A DNA stretch of 41,079 nt from Priapulus caudatus (lineage: Eukaryota): contig NW_014577068.1 in assembly GCF_000485595.1 (NCBI RefSeq), positions 167,694 through 208,772 of the forward strand. The letters are read 5' to 3'. The translations under genes were made by a program, and so were the position numbers. The notes beneath the pieces were generated by a model. It ran no database searches. It worked only from the letters and a program-made list of their open reading frames with translations, and had not been told where the DNA came from. Shown here one piece after another: positions 1 to 12,063 of this stretch (positions are counted from its first letter, which is position 1; each line of letters begins with the position of its first letter).

Positions 1-156
1 TAGGGAGTGTGTGTATAGTAGCGGGGCAGGGAGTGTGTGTATAGTAGCGGGGTAGGGAGTGTGTGTATAGTAGCGGGGTAGGGAGTGTGTGTATAGTAGC
101 GGGGTAGGGAGTGTGTGTATAGTAGCGGGGTAGGGAGTGTGTGTATAGTAGCGGGG
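1..156. repeat. 26-bp tandem repeat, 6 copies (may extend beyond window start)
   Basis: Unit TAGGGAGTGTGTGTATAGTAGCGGGG starts at 1, 27, 53, 79, 105 and 131. Confidence 0.95.
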
Positions 157-2119
157 TGAAGAATGACCTGCTTCGATGACAGACGAGAATTGCTCGCTAA
201 GACCATATAACCTATGGCTCTCATCTCGGTGAAATCACTTTCGGCAATTTTCTACGGTGGTGGGTGGGTGGGGATGGGCGTGGCAGGTCTATAGGGTTAA
301 AACCTAGAGAACATTTTTTGTTACCGCATAAATGGGCCGTAGAGATGCGCAAGCCAAATTAGACCCTTGTCTAAGAAGCGTGAATAATGGATTGCCTAGC
401 TGCGCGTTACACGTGCATTTACACGTGCTGCGCCGACAGTGAAATTGGGTGTAAAATGCAGGCGGTTTGCCTGAGCAGTCGCCGTCTGACCGCATGGGTG
501 CGTTGCGTATGTAAGTGTGACAGATAGCCACGGGGCGTTGGCTGTTAATGCTGATGACGGGTTGTTACACAATGCCACCATACGCGTTCTCGCGTTCGAG
601 GGAAAATATCCATTTAATTATTATACAAATCTATTGATTTTGCAATTTTGAGAATATCGGGTCATCACGGCATTTAACAGCTTCTATGATTCGTGGTCAA
701 TTAATGCATTTCACATAATTTTGAATAATTGCCGTTTCTACACAATTTCCCTTTAAATTATATGACATATCATCCGCTTACAAGAAACGGTGTTCTACAA
801 TTGTACATACTGCGCGTGTTCAGCCATGTATTGGTGAATTATTTCAGCCATAGCTTTAGTGTGGTGTGGTGTGGTGCGGTGCGGCGCGACGTGGCGCGGC
901 GTGGCGCAGCGTGGTGTGGTGCGGTGCGGTGTGGGAATTTTGGCACCGACCGAGACATAGCCCGACTCGATTTTGAGTCTAACCGTACAATGTCGTGCAT
1001 TACATGACCGTTAACGGACCGTTTCTTGCAGCTAAAGGCCGATGCGCGTCTCGCTTGTATCAATTGACTCTCGCATCATTCATAGAATACTGCGCTGAAC
1101 GCGAACAGATGTGTTGACTGTGCGGACCATAAGGCAGGCCTGCTGCTGGCAGCTGCATTCTGCGCGTCTCTGTGATATAGAGGCAACCGGGCAGCTGATA
1201 ATTGCGCCTAACGAATACTCGTGTATTTTCCGTTAAAGCTGCACGCTCCGTGTCAATGCGTCCGGACCGCTGACTCCACGTCCCCTAGCTGTGATGTCTC
1301 CCTGCCCTGTAAAACGCTGAGTGGACGCGTCTGCGCTGTAACTGACCCCGACGAGGTGGTAGGGGAAGAAGGAGGGACAGAGAAGTGTGCTGAATCGCTT
1401 TGAACGTTCTGGCTGATTTTCCATTGGAAACCTTTCGCGTTCCGAAACGCAGCGAAATTTGTTTCACGTGATTTGTCACTCGAACGAGAGAGAGAGAGAG
1501 ACCAGATGTCAGATGGCACGTTTCCGACTTTACTCCGACGTCTCCACCGGACCCGCAAAACGTAGAGCTTTTACGAAATACCATTAAAAGTGATTGCGAC
1601 GGTCAAGAGCTCGTTCGTATGTGACTCAGGCTATCTCGTGATCAATAGGGAGGGAGACTGCAAATCTCTTAGATTTTCGCTTGCCGGCGCCGCTGCGGTG
1701 GCGCTAATGTCGTGGTCGTGTCTTGATCCATTGACTGCGTAACCTTTGATCCTCTTAAAGTAGGTATTCATCCTTTCCAAAGCGTGGCTAAACACCATTG
1801 TGCGAGCATACAACACTACTGTGTCTCTAAGGGTATGTGTAGTAGAGGAGGCCGACGGGCGAATGACCGAATGAGTGATGGATGCACTCACGAGAACACT
1901 GAGAAAAAAGAGACGAGTGGCTTAAATATTTACGAGAAAGCCGAAAACAACGTGGCGATCTTTAGCAGTGAGGATCTACAGCGGGTTGTAAACACTGGAA
2001 CACTCGATACCGCCAGCTACGTCAATGCAACACCATAGATGACAGATGACACATTCTTAGAGAGTATCGTGTGCACGGATCACAGCGTATAGAATCACGA
2101 GTTATAGGTTCACCTATCA

Positions 2120-2142
2120 TACACACACACACACACACACAT

Positions 2143-2174
<32 letters not shown>

Positions 2175-2191
2175 TACCTCTACCCGCTTAC

Positions 2192-2228
<37 letters not shown>

Positions 2229-2246
2229 ACGAGAAGAAGAGAGAAG

Positions 2247-2313
<67 letters not shown>

Positions 2314-2460
2314 GAATGAGAGGAGGCGGTGGGGGAGGAGGCGAGAGTGAGAGAGAGAGGTGAGAGGATGGAGAGCAGAGAGAGAGAGAGCGAGAGAGAG
2401 AGAGAGCAGAAAGTAGAGAGAGAGAGGAGAGAGAGAGAGGAGAGAGAGAGAGAGCGGAGA
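2120..2460. repeat. Compound (CA)n/(TA)n/(GA)n microsatellite
   Basis: Read directly from sequence. Confidence 0.95.
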
Positions 2461-3379
2461 AAAGTCTGCTTTTCGATCTATTTCAAGTTATTGCCGAGTT
2501 AAATAAAGTAATATTTTTAGCACGTAGGCGGCGGTTTCAGGGAGGCTTTGTATCTGCACACTGGGGGCCAGCAGGGGCGGCCAGCAAATCGATACGTTAA
2601 ACATCACCTAACACTCGCGAGTATGACGCGGCCTTATGTATTTCTGCCATATAATACAGTTTTCATGTGTTTATAGGCGACAGTTGACGACGCTTGCCGG
2701 GTGAGCTGTGATCAAGTAACCTATTAAAATACGGCACTGCAATATCCCGCCTTCAGAACCTCGCCGGTTAATATGACATTTAATTTTCGCATTGCTTTCG
2801 CGCCGCCTAAACGTGTCATATATGGGATGGATTCGATTTAACATCTGTGTAACATAACAGGCGAAGCGGGAGCGCTGGTTGGTTAAACGTCGAAAAAAAG
2901 TCGTGCATGCAACAAAAACAGTCAAGCATCGCTTAGATGCAGCGAACGTTTGCCGAAATAGCGTTATGCGTTGTGCATGCGCGGGCGGAGTCTCTGTTGA
3001 ATGGAGGGAGCATTCATGGTTTTGTTGGCCGCGAATTTGTTTGGGGTTAGTACGGTGGGTGGCGTGCAGCGGCGGTGATGTTGCCAGTGGGTGGTCGCCG
3101 GTAATTACCGGACGCGATGCTAGCGGCCTCACGCCGTTGCTGTCGCACGGTCGACCTGACCGAGATAAGCGACACGGACGACATTTAACGCGAGCTGGAA
3201 AGCTTGCGTGTTGCGTTTTCACAAACACCGCGACTTAGCTCGTTAGCCGGCGGGCCACGCACTTGCCGAAGGCGCCCGAGCCAGTACTACCGCCGCTCTT
3301 TTACTACGCCATCGTCACTTCATAGTCTGTGGCACGCAGCCAGCCGACACGTTGGATCGCGTCCTCTGCCCCATCTGCT

Positions 3380-3382
<3 letters not shown>

Positions 3383-3419
<37 letters not shown>

Positions 3420-3481
3420 TGCTCACTCTCTCTTTCTCACTCTCTCACACTCTCTCTCACAAACACTCTCTCTCTCTCTCT

Positions 3482-3557
<76 letters not shown>

Positions 3558-3650
3558 TGCTTACTCTCTCTCTCCCTCTCTCTCTCTGTCTCTCTCTCTC
3601 TCTTGCTCACTCTCTCTCTCTCTTTCTCTTGTTCTCCCCCCTCCCTCTCC
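3383..3650. repeat. (CT)n microsatellite upstream of the LRR gene
   Basis: Long interrupted CT tract; it explains the spurious Leu-Ser ORFs in the track. Confidence 0.95.
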
Positions 3651-3749
3651 CTTCCGCTGCCGTCTCCCTGACTGGGGCCACCCGCTGCTGCTGCGGCTGC
3701 TGCTGCCGCACCTGCGTGCTAGCGATGCGTCTGAACGCATGCTTCTCTC

Positions 3750-3761
3750 TATATATAAAAG
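3750..3761 (+). promoter_or_regulatory. Candidate TATA box for the LRR gene
   Basis: TATATATAAAAG in GC-rich context ~850 bp upstream of the ATG; positional inference only. Confidence 0.35.
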
Positions 3762-4609
3762 CAGACGCTGTGATCGATAGCGGATAACTGTGGGAGCTAG
3801 GCGGCACGCACGGACGCTGCGCGCATGCAGCCGGCACTACTCCGCGCTGCGGCACGGTTTCATGTCGGTCAGGCAGCAGCGTGTGTGTGTGTGTGTGTAC
3901 GTACGTACGCGCGCACATCCCAGCCTCACAGCCAGCCTGCTTCGCCGAGATGTTGGAAGCGAGTTGTGGTTTAAGTACTCGTGGCTGCTTTTCGTCTGAG
4001 CTGGTCGCCTCGCGTGGTGGCGCCGGGCTAGGCTCGTAAACGTATTTGGATTTTTGGATAACGTTTTTTTTGGATTCGCACGGGAGGAACATTACGATCG
4101 AGTGAGTGAGTGCCAATAGAGAAGGAGCGAACTGTGAAGGAGTTAGCGACGCCGGACATTTCTGTTGTTTGGATTCACGCGGGAGAAACAGCACGATCGA
4201 CCGCAAACGGCGAAAAATTGAGTGAAAAGGAGCAAACAGTGAGGCGACTTGTGTGCTGCCGTGTTTCTCTAGTGTATAGGTGCTCGCCCGAGAATTCTGC
4301 ACGAGGGGAGAGCGGTGGAGAAAACGTGCAATCCTATACGGAACGTAATCGCTCCCCGCACCGCTCCCATTGTGAGCCTAAGCAAACAGCATTCCATTAG
4401 CCGAAAGAAGCCCGAGAGGCATTCAAGTAGGTGCTCTCCTCTCTCTCCCTCCCCCTCTTCTTCTCTCTTCTCATCTCTCCGCTCTGCCTCCCCCTTCCTA
4501 TCTCCTCTCATCTCTCCGCTCTGCCTCTCCCCTCCCTTCTCTCCCCTCCTCGCTCTCTTCGCTTCACGGACTAACAAGACATTGAAGCGGTAGAGCTTCA
4601 CCGCAGAAC

Positions 4610-7600
4610 ATGGCGACGCCAGCTCCTTTGCTTCTCACGCACGTCGTCGTGCTGCTGCTGACGGTGGCAACGATTCCGACGGCGTCCGACGAATGCCTCT
4701 CGTTCCAGCTTCCGTGTCGCTGCTACCAGCTGCACAGCAAGCTGTACGTAGACTGCGCTGACATCCACTTCGCCACCGTGCCCGTGTTCCCGTCCAACAC
4801 GACCATGGAGAATCTCGACATGCGGAGCACGGGTCTGAAGCTGCTGCCCGGACAAGGCTTCCACGGACCGCGCATCCGCACCCTCGACCTCTCGAGCAAC
4901 CAGATCAGCGTCGTCTCGTCTCAGGCGTTCGCCGGACTCGGGAACTGCCTCGAGGAGCTCGACCTGAGTCGAAACCTCATCAGCGAGATACCGGAGGCGA
5001 CGTTCGTCAACCTCAAACTGCTGAAGAAGGTGATCCTGCTCGAAAACCCGCTGGCGCGAATCACCGCCAACGTCTTCAGAGGCGTCGCGGGCAGTTTGTT
5101 AGAGTTATACCTGTCCGGCGGGCCCGGGAGCTACCTGGGGCCAGGTGTGGTGCCGACTGCCGTGCGCAACCTTGGCAATCTGCAGCTACTGAAGCTGCAC
5201 TCGTGCGATATCAGCGAGCTGACGAGTCATGATCTCATTGGACTCGCTCACCTGCAGACGCTGAACATGACGGCGAACGACATCGCCGAACTACCGCGCG
5301 GCATGTTCTCGTTCGTTCCCAATCTGAGGACGTTGAACATCGGCCGGAACAAGCTGACGCTGCTGAACGCCAGCATGTTCCACGGCCTCGAGTCGTCGCT
5401 GGAGATCATGGACGTCAGCGAGAACCGAATCGCGAGGATCGCCCCGAACACGTTCGGCAGTTTCCGGAGGCTGCGTGTGCTCAACCTGAAAAGCAACCGC
5501 ATCAGCTCGATAGCTGGCACCGCCTTCCTCGGACTCGCCCTCACGCTACGCCAGCTCAACCTCGACGGAAACTTTCTGCGGCAGCTACCAGGTGGCGCTC
5601 TGAACACTCTCACCGATCTGGAGGTCGTGAGTGCGAAATACAACCGCATTAAGGCGATAGCGAGGAGCGACTTGCAGGGCATATCGGAGAGCATCAAGAT
5701 GATCGACCTGCGCTACAACTACGTCAGCAGCCTGCCGGCGCGGCTCTTCCACAAGTGCCGCAGCCTCGAGTGGCTCGACCTGTCCGAGAACAACATCACG
5801 GACGTGCGCGGTGAGGCGCTGCACGGGCTGAGGAACGTGCGCATGCTGTCGCTAGCGAAGAACGGCCTGCGACACATCAACGGACAGACGTTCGCTCAGC
5901 TCGCGAGCCTCAACACGCTCGACCTGTCGCACAACTACATCGGTTACGTTCCCGACGACGCGTTCGCCGGCCTCAACGACACGCTGGCGGCGCTCTACCT
6001 GCAGCACAACGCGCTCAGCTACTTCCCGCGCGTGGCGCTGCAGTCGCTCAACAATCTCGTCGAGGTGCGGCTGTCGTACAACGAGATCTCGCGCGTCGGT
6101 TCGGCCGACTTCTACGACTTCAATCCGGCGATGCGCGGCATTTACCTCGACGGCAATCGTCTGACGACGTTTCCGATCTCGACGCTGCAGCACTTTCACA
6201 ACCTGCGCGTCATCAACCTTGCCAACAACGCGATCGCTGCGATCACGCGCGACGCCTACATGCTGACGGACATGCAGAGCCACGTCGATACGCTCGTGCT
6301 ACAGAACAACCGCCTGACGGAGTTCCCCGCCGAGCAGCTGGCGACCGTCAAGCGTCTGCGCATGCTCAACATCAACAAGAACCGCATTAGCAGCGTCCCC
6401 TCGGACGTGCTGCGCCACCTACCGGCGCTCGAGACGCTCTACCTGAGCGGCAACAACATCACGTCGCTCGACAACACGGCGTTCGCTTGCAGCAGCGGCC
6501 GCGAGATGGCGCTGCATCACCTCGACCTGTCGCGCAACCAGATCACGGCGGTGACGGGTAACATCTTCCGGCAGCTGCGCGCGCTGCGCAGCGTCGACAT
6601 GAGTCATAACAACGTCAGCGTCATCTTCGCGGCGACGTTCAGCACGCCGCTGCTGCAGTCGATCAACCTCGAGCAGAACAACATCTATAAGATCCAGGAC
6701 TCGGCGTTCGAGAACCTCACGCAGCTGCGCTATCTGAACATGAAGGGAAACTTTCTGACGTTCGTCCACAAGCGCTTCTGGAACAACTGCCGCCTGCAGA
6801 TACTGTTTCTCACGAACAACCGCATCAGTAGCGTCGAGGAGGGATCGCTGGACGAGCTGCGCGGACTGACGACGTTCGACATATCTCGTAATCCGATCTC
6901 GGATATCCCCGCCTCGCTCTTTAACACGATGTCACATGCGAAGCATATCTCGCTGAGTGGCTGCAATCTGACGAGAATCCACGAAGGACAGTTCGCCTCT
7001 CTTCGCAATCTACTGACGATCAATCTCAGTAATAATTCCATTGAGACCGTACACCAGAATGCATTCTACGGCGCACTGGCCATGCGTGAGCTGTACTTAC
7101 AGGACAACCGATTAGCGCACCTTCCGGACAGACTGCTGCAGAGTCTGTACAGGCTGCACACGCTCAATCTGGCGGGAAATCGCATCCGGGACATCGATGC
7201 GCGCGTCTTCGGCGTTCCCATAATGCCGCTGAACACTGTCGACTTGAGCAACAATTTGCTCGCTGAGGTTCCGACGGGTCTCTTCCAGCCGCTCAAGTAC
7301 AGCCTCTTCAATCTCGACCTGTCGCGCAATCAGCTGAGATCCCTGCGCTCGCGGCAGTTCGCCGAGCTGGCGATACTCGCGCGACTCGATCTGTCGAACA
7401 ACGCCATCGTCAGCGTCGAGAATTCGGCGTTCGGCGGCCTCAACAACATCATCAACATTAATTTGGCGAGCAACGCCTTGCGATCGATCACGGAGACCAG
7501 CTTCGCCGGCATCGGCAGTAAGCTGTACAAGCTCGATCTCAGCAACGCGTCGCTCGCCGACGTGCCGCGACTCGCCATCCCCGAACTGCGCATCCTGCAT

Positions 7601-8695
7601 CTGAGCAACAACCGTCTGCGTGCGCTCGCCGCTGACAGCATCGTCTGCGCGAAGTTGCGCGTTCTCTACCTGAACAGCAACAAGCTGGGCGGCGTGCCGG
7701 AGACGTGGCGCTCTCTGCCGGCGCTCACGTCGCTCATACTCGCCGACAACCCGATCGAGCGCATCACAGCGACGTCGTTCGTCGGCCTGCCTCGCCTCAC
7801 GCTGGCGCACATAGAGAACCTTCCCCGCCTCGCGAGCGTCGCCACGGCGGCGCTAGACCCGCTACAGAACCTCGAGTATCTGATGATGTACAACTACGGC
7901 AGTCTGCCGCGGCTCGACGTCGCCACGCTGCTGTCAAAGCTCACCAACCTGCGGCAGGTCTACGTCGAAATCAAGGACGTGATACTCGACAGCCAGCTGC
8001 ACCTGGCGTTCAAGAACAACGCCAAGCTGAACTCGCTGACGGTGTTCGGACCGCGACTGAAGTGGATCACGAAGAACGCCTTCGTCGGCTTCACGGCCGG
8101 TAGCCTGGGGATCATGAACACCAGCGTCATGTCGCTGCCAGACGACTTGTTCGCCTATCCGCAGATCAGAGGCCTGTACCCTCTTGACCTGCGCAACAAC
8201 CGACTGCGTCTCATCGGCAGCGAGTTGTTCAAGGTGCCGACGATGCGCGTCGACAACCTCTATCTCGATGACAACGAGTTTCTCTGCGACTGCAGCATCA
8301 CGCCGTTTCGGCTGTGGCTGGACGTGTGGCTGCGCACGCACGCGCACGCGCGCGCTAACCTTGAGAGGGTTGTTTGCAGCGAACCGGACGCGTTCAACGG
8401 TGTTCCCACGAGAAACGAGTCGATCGTCGGTCTCGACTTGACACGCATGGGCTGCGTCGCGCCGCCGCCGACGCTGCTGCCCGCGACGACGAGCACGTCG
8501 GAAGGGAGCGTCGCTGACGCTGGACGCGTGACGCAGCCAAGTGACGCGAAGGTGACGGAATCGCGAGTGACTACTATTTCATTAGCCGCGGTCGCTAGTG
8601 ACGCACAATGTGCGACGACTGCGTCACTGCGTCAGACTGTTGTGTTCTTGTCGTGCGGGGCAATAGTGACACTGATATTACGACGACGCATTTGA
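4610..8695 (+). CDS. Chaoptin-like extracellular leucine-rich-repeat protein, 1361 aa, uninterrupted CDS
   Basis: Hydrophobic N-terminal signal peptide; Cys-containing LRRNT cap (CLSFQLPCRC...VDC); roughly 40 or more LxxLxLxxNxI repeats; LRRCT (NEFLCDC...LW...VVC...C); Ser/Thr-rich stalk; short hydrophobic C-terminus (GPI-signal-like). The segment YNYGSLPRLDVATLLSKLTNLRQVYVEIKD...NTSVMSLP resembles my recollection of the insect chaoptin C-terminal region. Start context AACATGG. Confidence 0.9.
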   Translation: MATPAPLLLTHVVVLLLTVATIPTASDECLSFQLPCRCYQLHSKLYVDCADIHFATVPVFPSNTTMENLDMRSTGLKLLPGQGFHGPRIRTLDLSSNQISVVSSQAFAGLGNCLEELDLSRNLISEIPEATFVNLKLLKKVILLENPLARITANVFRGVAGSLLELYLSGGPGSYLGPGVVPTAVRNLGNLQLLKLHSCDISELTSHDLIGLAHLQTLNMTANDIAELPRGMFSFVPNLRTLNIGRNKLTLLNASMFHGLESSLEIMDVSENRIARIAPNTFGSFRRLRVLNLKSNRISSIAGTAFLGLALTLRQLNLDGNFLRQLPGGALNTLTDLEVVSAKYNRIKAIARSDLQGISESIKMIDLRYNYVSSLPARLFHKCRSLEWLDLSENNITDVRGEALHGLRNVRMLSLAKNGLRHINGQTFAQLASLNTLDLSHNYIGYVPDDAFAGLNDTLAALYLQHNALSYFPRVALQSLNNLVEVRLSYNEISRVGSADFYDFNPAMRGIYLDGNRLTTFPISTLQHFHNLRVINLANNAIAAITRDAYMLTDMQSHVDTLVLQNNRLTEFPAEQLATVKRLRMLNINKNRISSVPSDVLRHLPALETLYLSGNNITSLDNTAFACSSGREMALHHLDLSRNQITAVTGNIFRQLRALRSVDMSHNNVSVIFAATFSTPLLQSINLEQNNIYKIQDSAFENLTQLRYLNMKGNFLTFVHKRFWNNCRLQILFLTNNRISSVEEGSLDELRGLTTFDISRNPISDIPASLFNTMSHAKHISLSGCNLTRIHEGQFASLRNLLTINLSNNSIETVHQNAFYGALAMRELYLQDNRLAHLPDRLLQSLYRLHTLNLAGNRIRDIDARVFGVPIMPLNTVDLSNNLLAEVPTGLFQPLKYSLFNLDLSRNQLRSLRSRQFAELAILARLDLSNNAIVSVENSAFGGLNNIININLASNALRSITETSFAGIGSKLYKLDLSNASLADVPRLAIPELRILHLSNNRLRALAADSIVCAKLRVLYLNSNKLGGVPETWRSLPALTSLILADNPIERITATSFVGLPRLTLAHIENLPRLASVATAALDPLQNLEYLMMYNYGSLPRLDVATLLSKLTNLRQVYVEIKDVILDSQLHLAFKNNAKLNSLTVFGPRLKWITKNAFVGFTAGSLGIMNTSVMSLPDDLFAYPQIRGLYPLDLRNNRLRLIGSELFKVPTMRVDNLYLDDNEFLCDCSITPFRLWLDVWLRTHAHARANLERVVCSEPDAFNGVPTRNESIVGLDLTRMGCVAPPPTLLPATTSTSEGSVADAGRVTQPSDAKVTESRVTTISLAAVASDAQCATTASLRQTVVFLSCGAIVTLILRRRI

Positions 8696-9404
8696 GAGGT
8701 GTGACACTTATCTCAGCATGAACCTGAACATATAGATGTGGCTGCCCGCCAAAATATGGATGCGTGGTGTGAAATACAACGAACGCACGTTCACGCACGA
8801 ACAACTAACGCGTGCTGCAACGTGAAAAAAACTATACAAAAATGGAAACTTAAAGTGGCATCTTCAGTAAAAATACAGGCTGAACTATATAACAAAAGGT
8901 ATATAGTATGTAGCTCGTGTAATATGTCATATATCACGTGTGTCACCTATCACATAATTCACGTATATATTACATGTTTTACATAAACACACACACACTC
9001 ACACGCACACGCACACTCACACGCACACACGCACGCAGGCACGCACACACACACACACACACATATGTATATATTTGTCACATTGGCATTATTCACATTA
9101 TTCATTTATCACTTAGATTAGGTGTAAATGCGTTTAGTACATACGGTTTCTTCGTCATCAGTCATAGCAAACGGACGATTTCTCGTCTTTAACATGTTAG
9201 AACAGCTTTGCGATCTGCGACGCATTTCAGGCAATTTCTTTTCACTCGCGCATAAAGGCTTTTCCGTAAGTACAACTTGTAAAGACAAGTTTTCCTTTTT
9301 CAAAGAGACAATTGTGCAACGCGCGCGCCAGATATGCGCGGGGGTGAACACAAAGCACACCATAGTTAGTAGATTAGATGAGAAGAATCCCACGTATTCA
9401 GCAC

Positions 9405-9410
9405 AATAAA
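9405..9410 (+). terminator. Candidate polyadenylation signal of the LRR gene
   Basis: First AATAAA I found after the stop; others near 9653 and 9908. Confidence 0.35.
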
Positions 9411-9490
9411 TGTTGCTCTGATGGCACCGTATGTCACGCGCTACGGGTGGTTACTGTGATATGTAGGCACCATATATATATATCAGGAGT

Positions 9491-9537
<47 letters not shown>

Positions 9538-11206
9538 TATAGGTGTCTACCTTTTTAAAAGGCGTTTGTAACATCTTTAGCTATTTCTATTCATTATTGA
9601 TGTTTGTGCGCCACACTTACTTACTGTCTCTTGTACATGTCCGAGAATGTCTAATAAATATCAGTCTTGCAAAACCTACCTGATATACTTTTATGATGTT
9701 TGTTTTATGGCCAAAACATGCTGAATTCCTTGTTACTTTTCTAACAGCTGTAATCGATATTTTTTTAACTAGGCATACGTGATATGAATTTAATCTTCTG
9801 AGCTTGTGTAAGTACCTCCCTAAAGTATTTCATCGGTGCCCCAAAACCCACTAAGCCTTTCTAGAGGCAGGATTTAATTAGAATCGTTATTCCATCAGCG
9901 AGGCAGAATAAAGCTAATATTTGCATCTATAACCGCGACCCCACAATATTTCTTCGCCGCACGGACTACTGGTGTAGTATTCCCACAAAGTGGTAAATCG
10001 GATGTTAAGAATCGCTCGACACTAAACAGATTGCTTTGCATTCGTGGGATAAATGCGATTTATTCTCGTTATATTCTTTTTTTCCAAATATCGCCCACTT
10101 CTGTAAATCGATGGCAGATGGAGGCATCGCAGCGTGAGTGTCCGCTCGAGGATTTCTCAGCTCGCGGCGCACGTAAGCAGGTGAATCAATTATTCAATAC
10201 GATCTGAGTAAGCGAGTTTTTGCATTATCGGCATACAGCCCCCGCGCGTACGCGGAACTGCTGCCGTCCGTCTGACAGCATCCGCCAAACAGCATTACAT
10301 TACACATACAACATAATTGTCGCAGTCTATCGTCACTATACCACACACAAGCGGCGGTAAAACACGGCGACGCTAGGTCACGGCTCGTCACGGCACCGCG
10401 ACGGCAACGCAGCCCGCACGCACGGCAACGCGCGACGCACGTGTGGACCGTCCCCGATGTTGCACTCCACCTACATCACAACATCCGACACACGCGCACA
10501 CACAGCCACGCAGCTGGCCACAGGCACGCACACATCACATCACACACACACACACACACACAGCGACACAACCGACAACACACCACCGAGTGTTGAGTCG
10601 AGTCGCGCACCCGACGGCCGAGTTTCCGAGTCCGCGTCGCGACGTGCCGAGTCCTGAAGTCCGCGTTCTGATGCGCGATCCCGAGTCCGAGTTCAGAGTC
10701 CCGCAGGGTTCCCCGCCACGCCGAGTGCGCAGGACGCCGAGACACGATCCGGGAGCCCGCCGAGGTCCGTGAGGGTCCGGCAAGTCGCAGTTTCGATTAA
10801 AAAAAAGGAAAAAATAGAAAAAAGGAAAAAAATCGGAAAAAAGGGAAAAAATCGCAACAGTGCATCGTAGACATTCGAAAGTGTATAGTCAGCCGAAAAC
10901 ACAGAGAGACGAGTCATACGAAACGTGTCAAAGTAACAGATCCATTTGTGTTTTACGAGAATGACACGGCTTGTTGAACCAAATGAGAGAGTGCTAGTAC
11001 CTTTGAAGTGGTAGAAGAAGAGAAAGAAGTGGTAGAAAAAGCGCAAAGGAACGAAGTGACAGCAGATTCAAACCAAAGGGACAAGAATCTTAATCGAGCC
11101 ATTGAAAACGTTACAAGATTAGGCCGTGTATCTAGAAAACCTAGGAGTTTTAGTTTTAAATTCTTGTAAACTGCGTGTTACAATATGTACAGTTGTGTAT
11201 TATGTA

Positions 11207-11363
11207 TGTAGTGGCCTCGAGCCGGCCTCGACCCGAGTCCTCGAGTCCGGAGGGCTCGAGTACGAGTCCGAGTCCGAGTCATTGCACTCCGAGGCCAAGA
11301 CCGAGACTGAGACCAAGGAAAACGGTCTCGAGGCCAAGACCGGCCTCGAGACCTACAACACTG
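11207..11363. mobile_element. Small non-autonomous DNA transposon remnant (hAT-like MITE)
   Basis: Internal CTCGAG/GAGTCC/GAGACC sub-repeats; right end TACAACACTG (reverse complement CAGTGTTGTA); left end truncated, no TSD seen. Confidence 0.5.
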
Positions 11364-11372
11364 ACACACACA

Positions 11373-11424
<52 letters not shown>

Positions 11425-11724
11425 CACATACACACACATTGGCTCCGATGTCGTTTGCCGAACTCGAGTATAAACTTCATAATAGGCATACCTAAAATCG
11501 AACAGAACCCTATCACCATAACCCTGATTCCTAACCCCATCCCTAAGCATAATCCCATCTTACTAGACCTAACCCTAACCTTAGCTGAAATCCTTATCCT
11601 TATGTATATTTAATCTATTACAGCCGCTATGAAACTTGCATTCTAGCCGATCGTCCGCGACCATAATAAAGCAACCGATATACAACCAAATAAAGCAATA
11701 CTACTACAACAAGCTAAGGCTGTT

Positions 11725-12001
11725 GCTGTTTCCGCCGCCGCCACCACCACCGCTACCATCACCACTATCACCACCGCCGCCGCCGCCACCGTCACCACCA
11801 CCATCATCATCATCATCACCACCACCGCCACTGCCGCCGCCGTCGCCGCCGCCGCCGCCGCCGCCAACGACCCCGCCCCCGCCACTACCACCGCTACCAC
11901 CGCCGCCACCACCGCCACCACCACCACCCCCTACATCACAACCACTTCCGCCAGCAACTCCGGCCACTACCGCCACCACTGACAATGATGACAACAACAA
12001 C

Positions 12002-12061
<60 letters not shown>
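11725..12061. repeat. (CCA/CCG)n trinucleotide tract followed by (AAC)n(AAT)n
   Basis: Read directly from sequence. Confidence 0.95.

Positions 12062-12063
<2 letters not shown>

Noticed and set aside
157..260. Possible snRNA (Sm-site-like GGCAATTTTC)
   Set aside because: No recognisable U snRNA sequence around it.
3204..3787. Leu/Ser-rich ORFs
   Set aside because: Translations of the (CT)n microsatellite.
5248..8496. Antisense and alternative-frame ORFs over the LRR gene
   Set aside because: Shadow ORFs expected from GC-rich third codon positions.
11505..11582. Telomere-like CCCTAA repeats
   Set aside because: Short and degenerate; more likely part of an interspersed repeat than an interstitial telomere.
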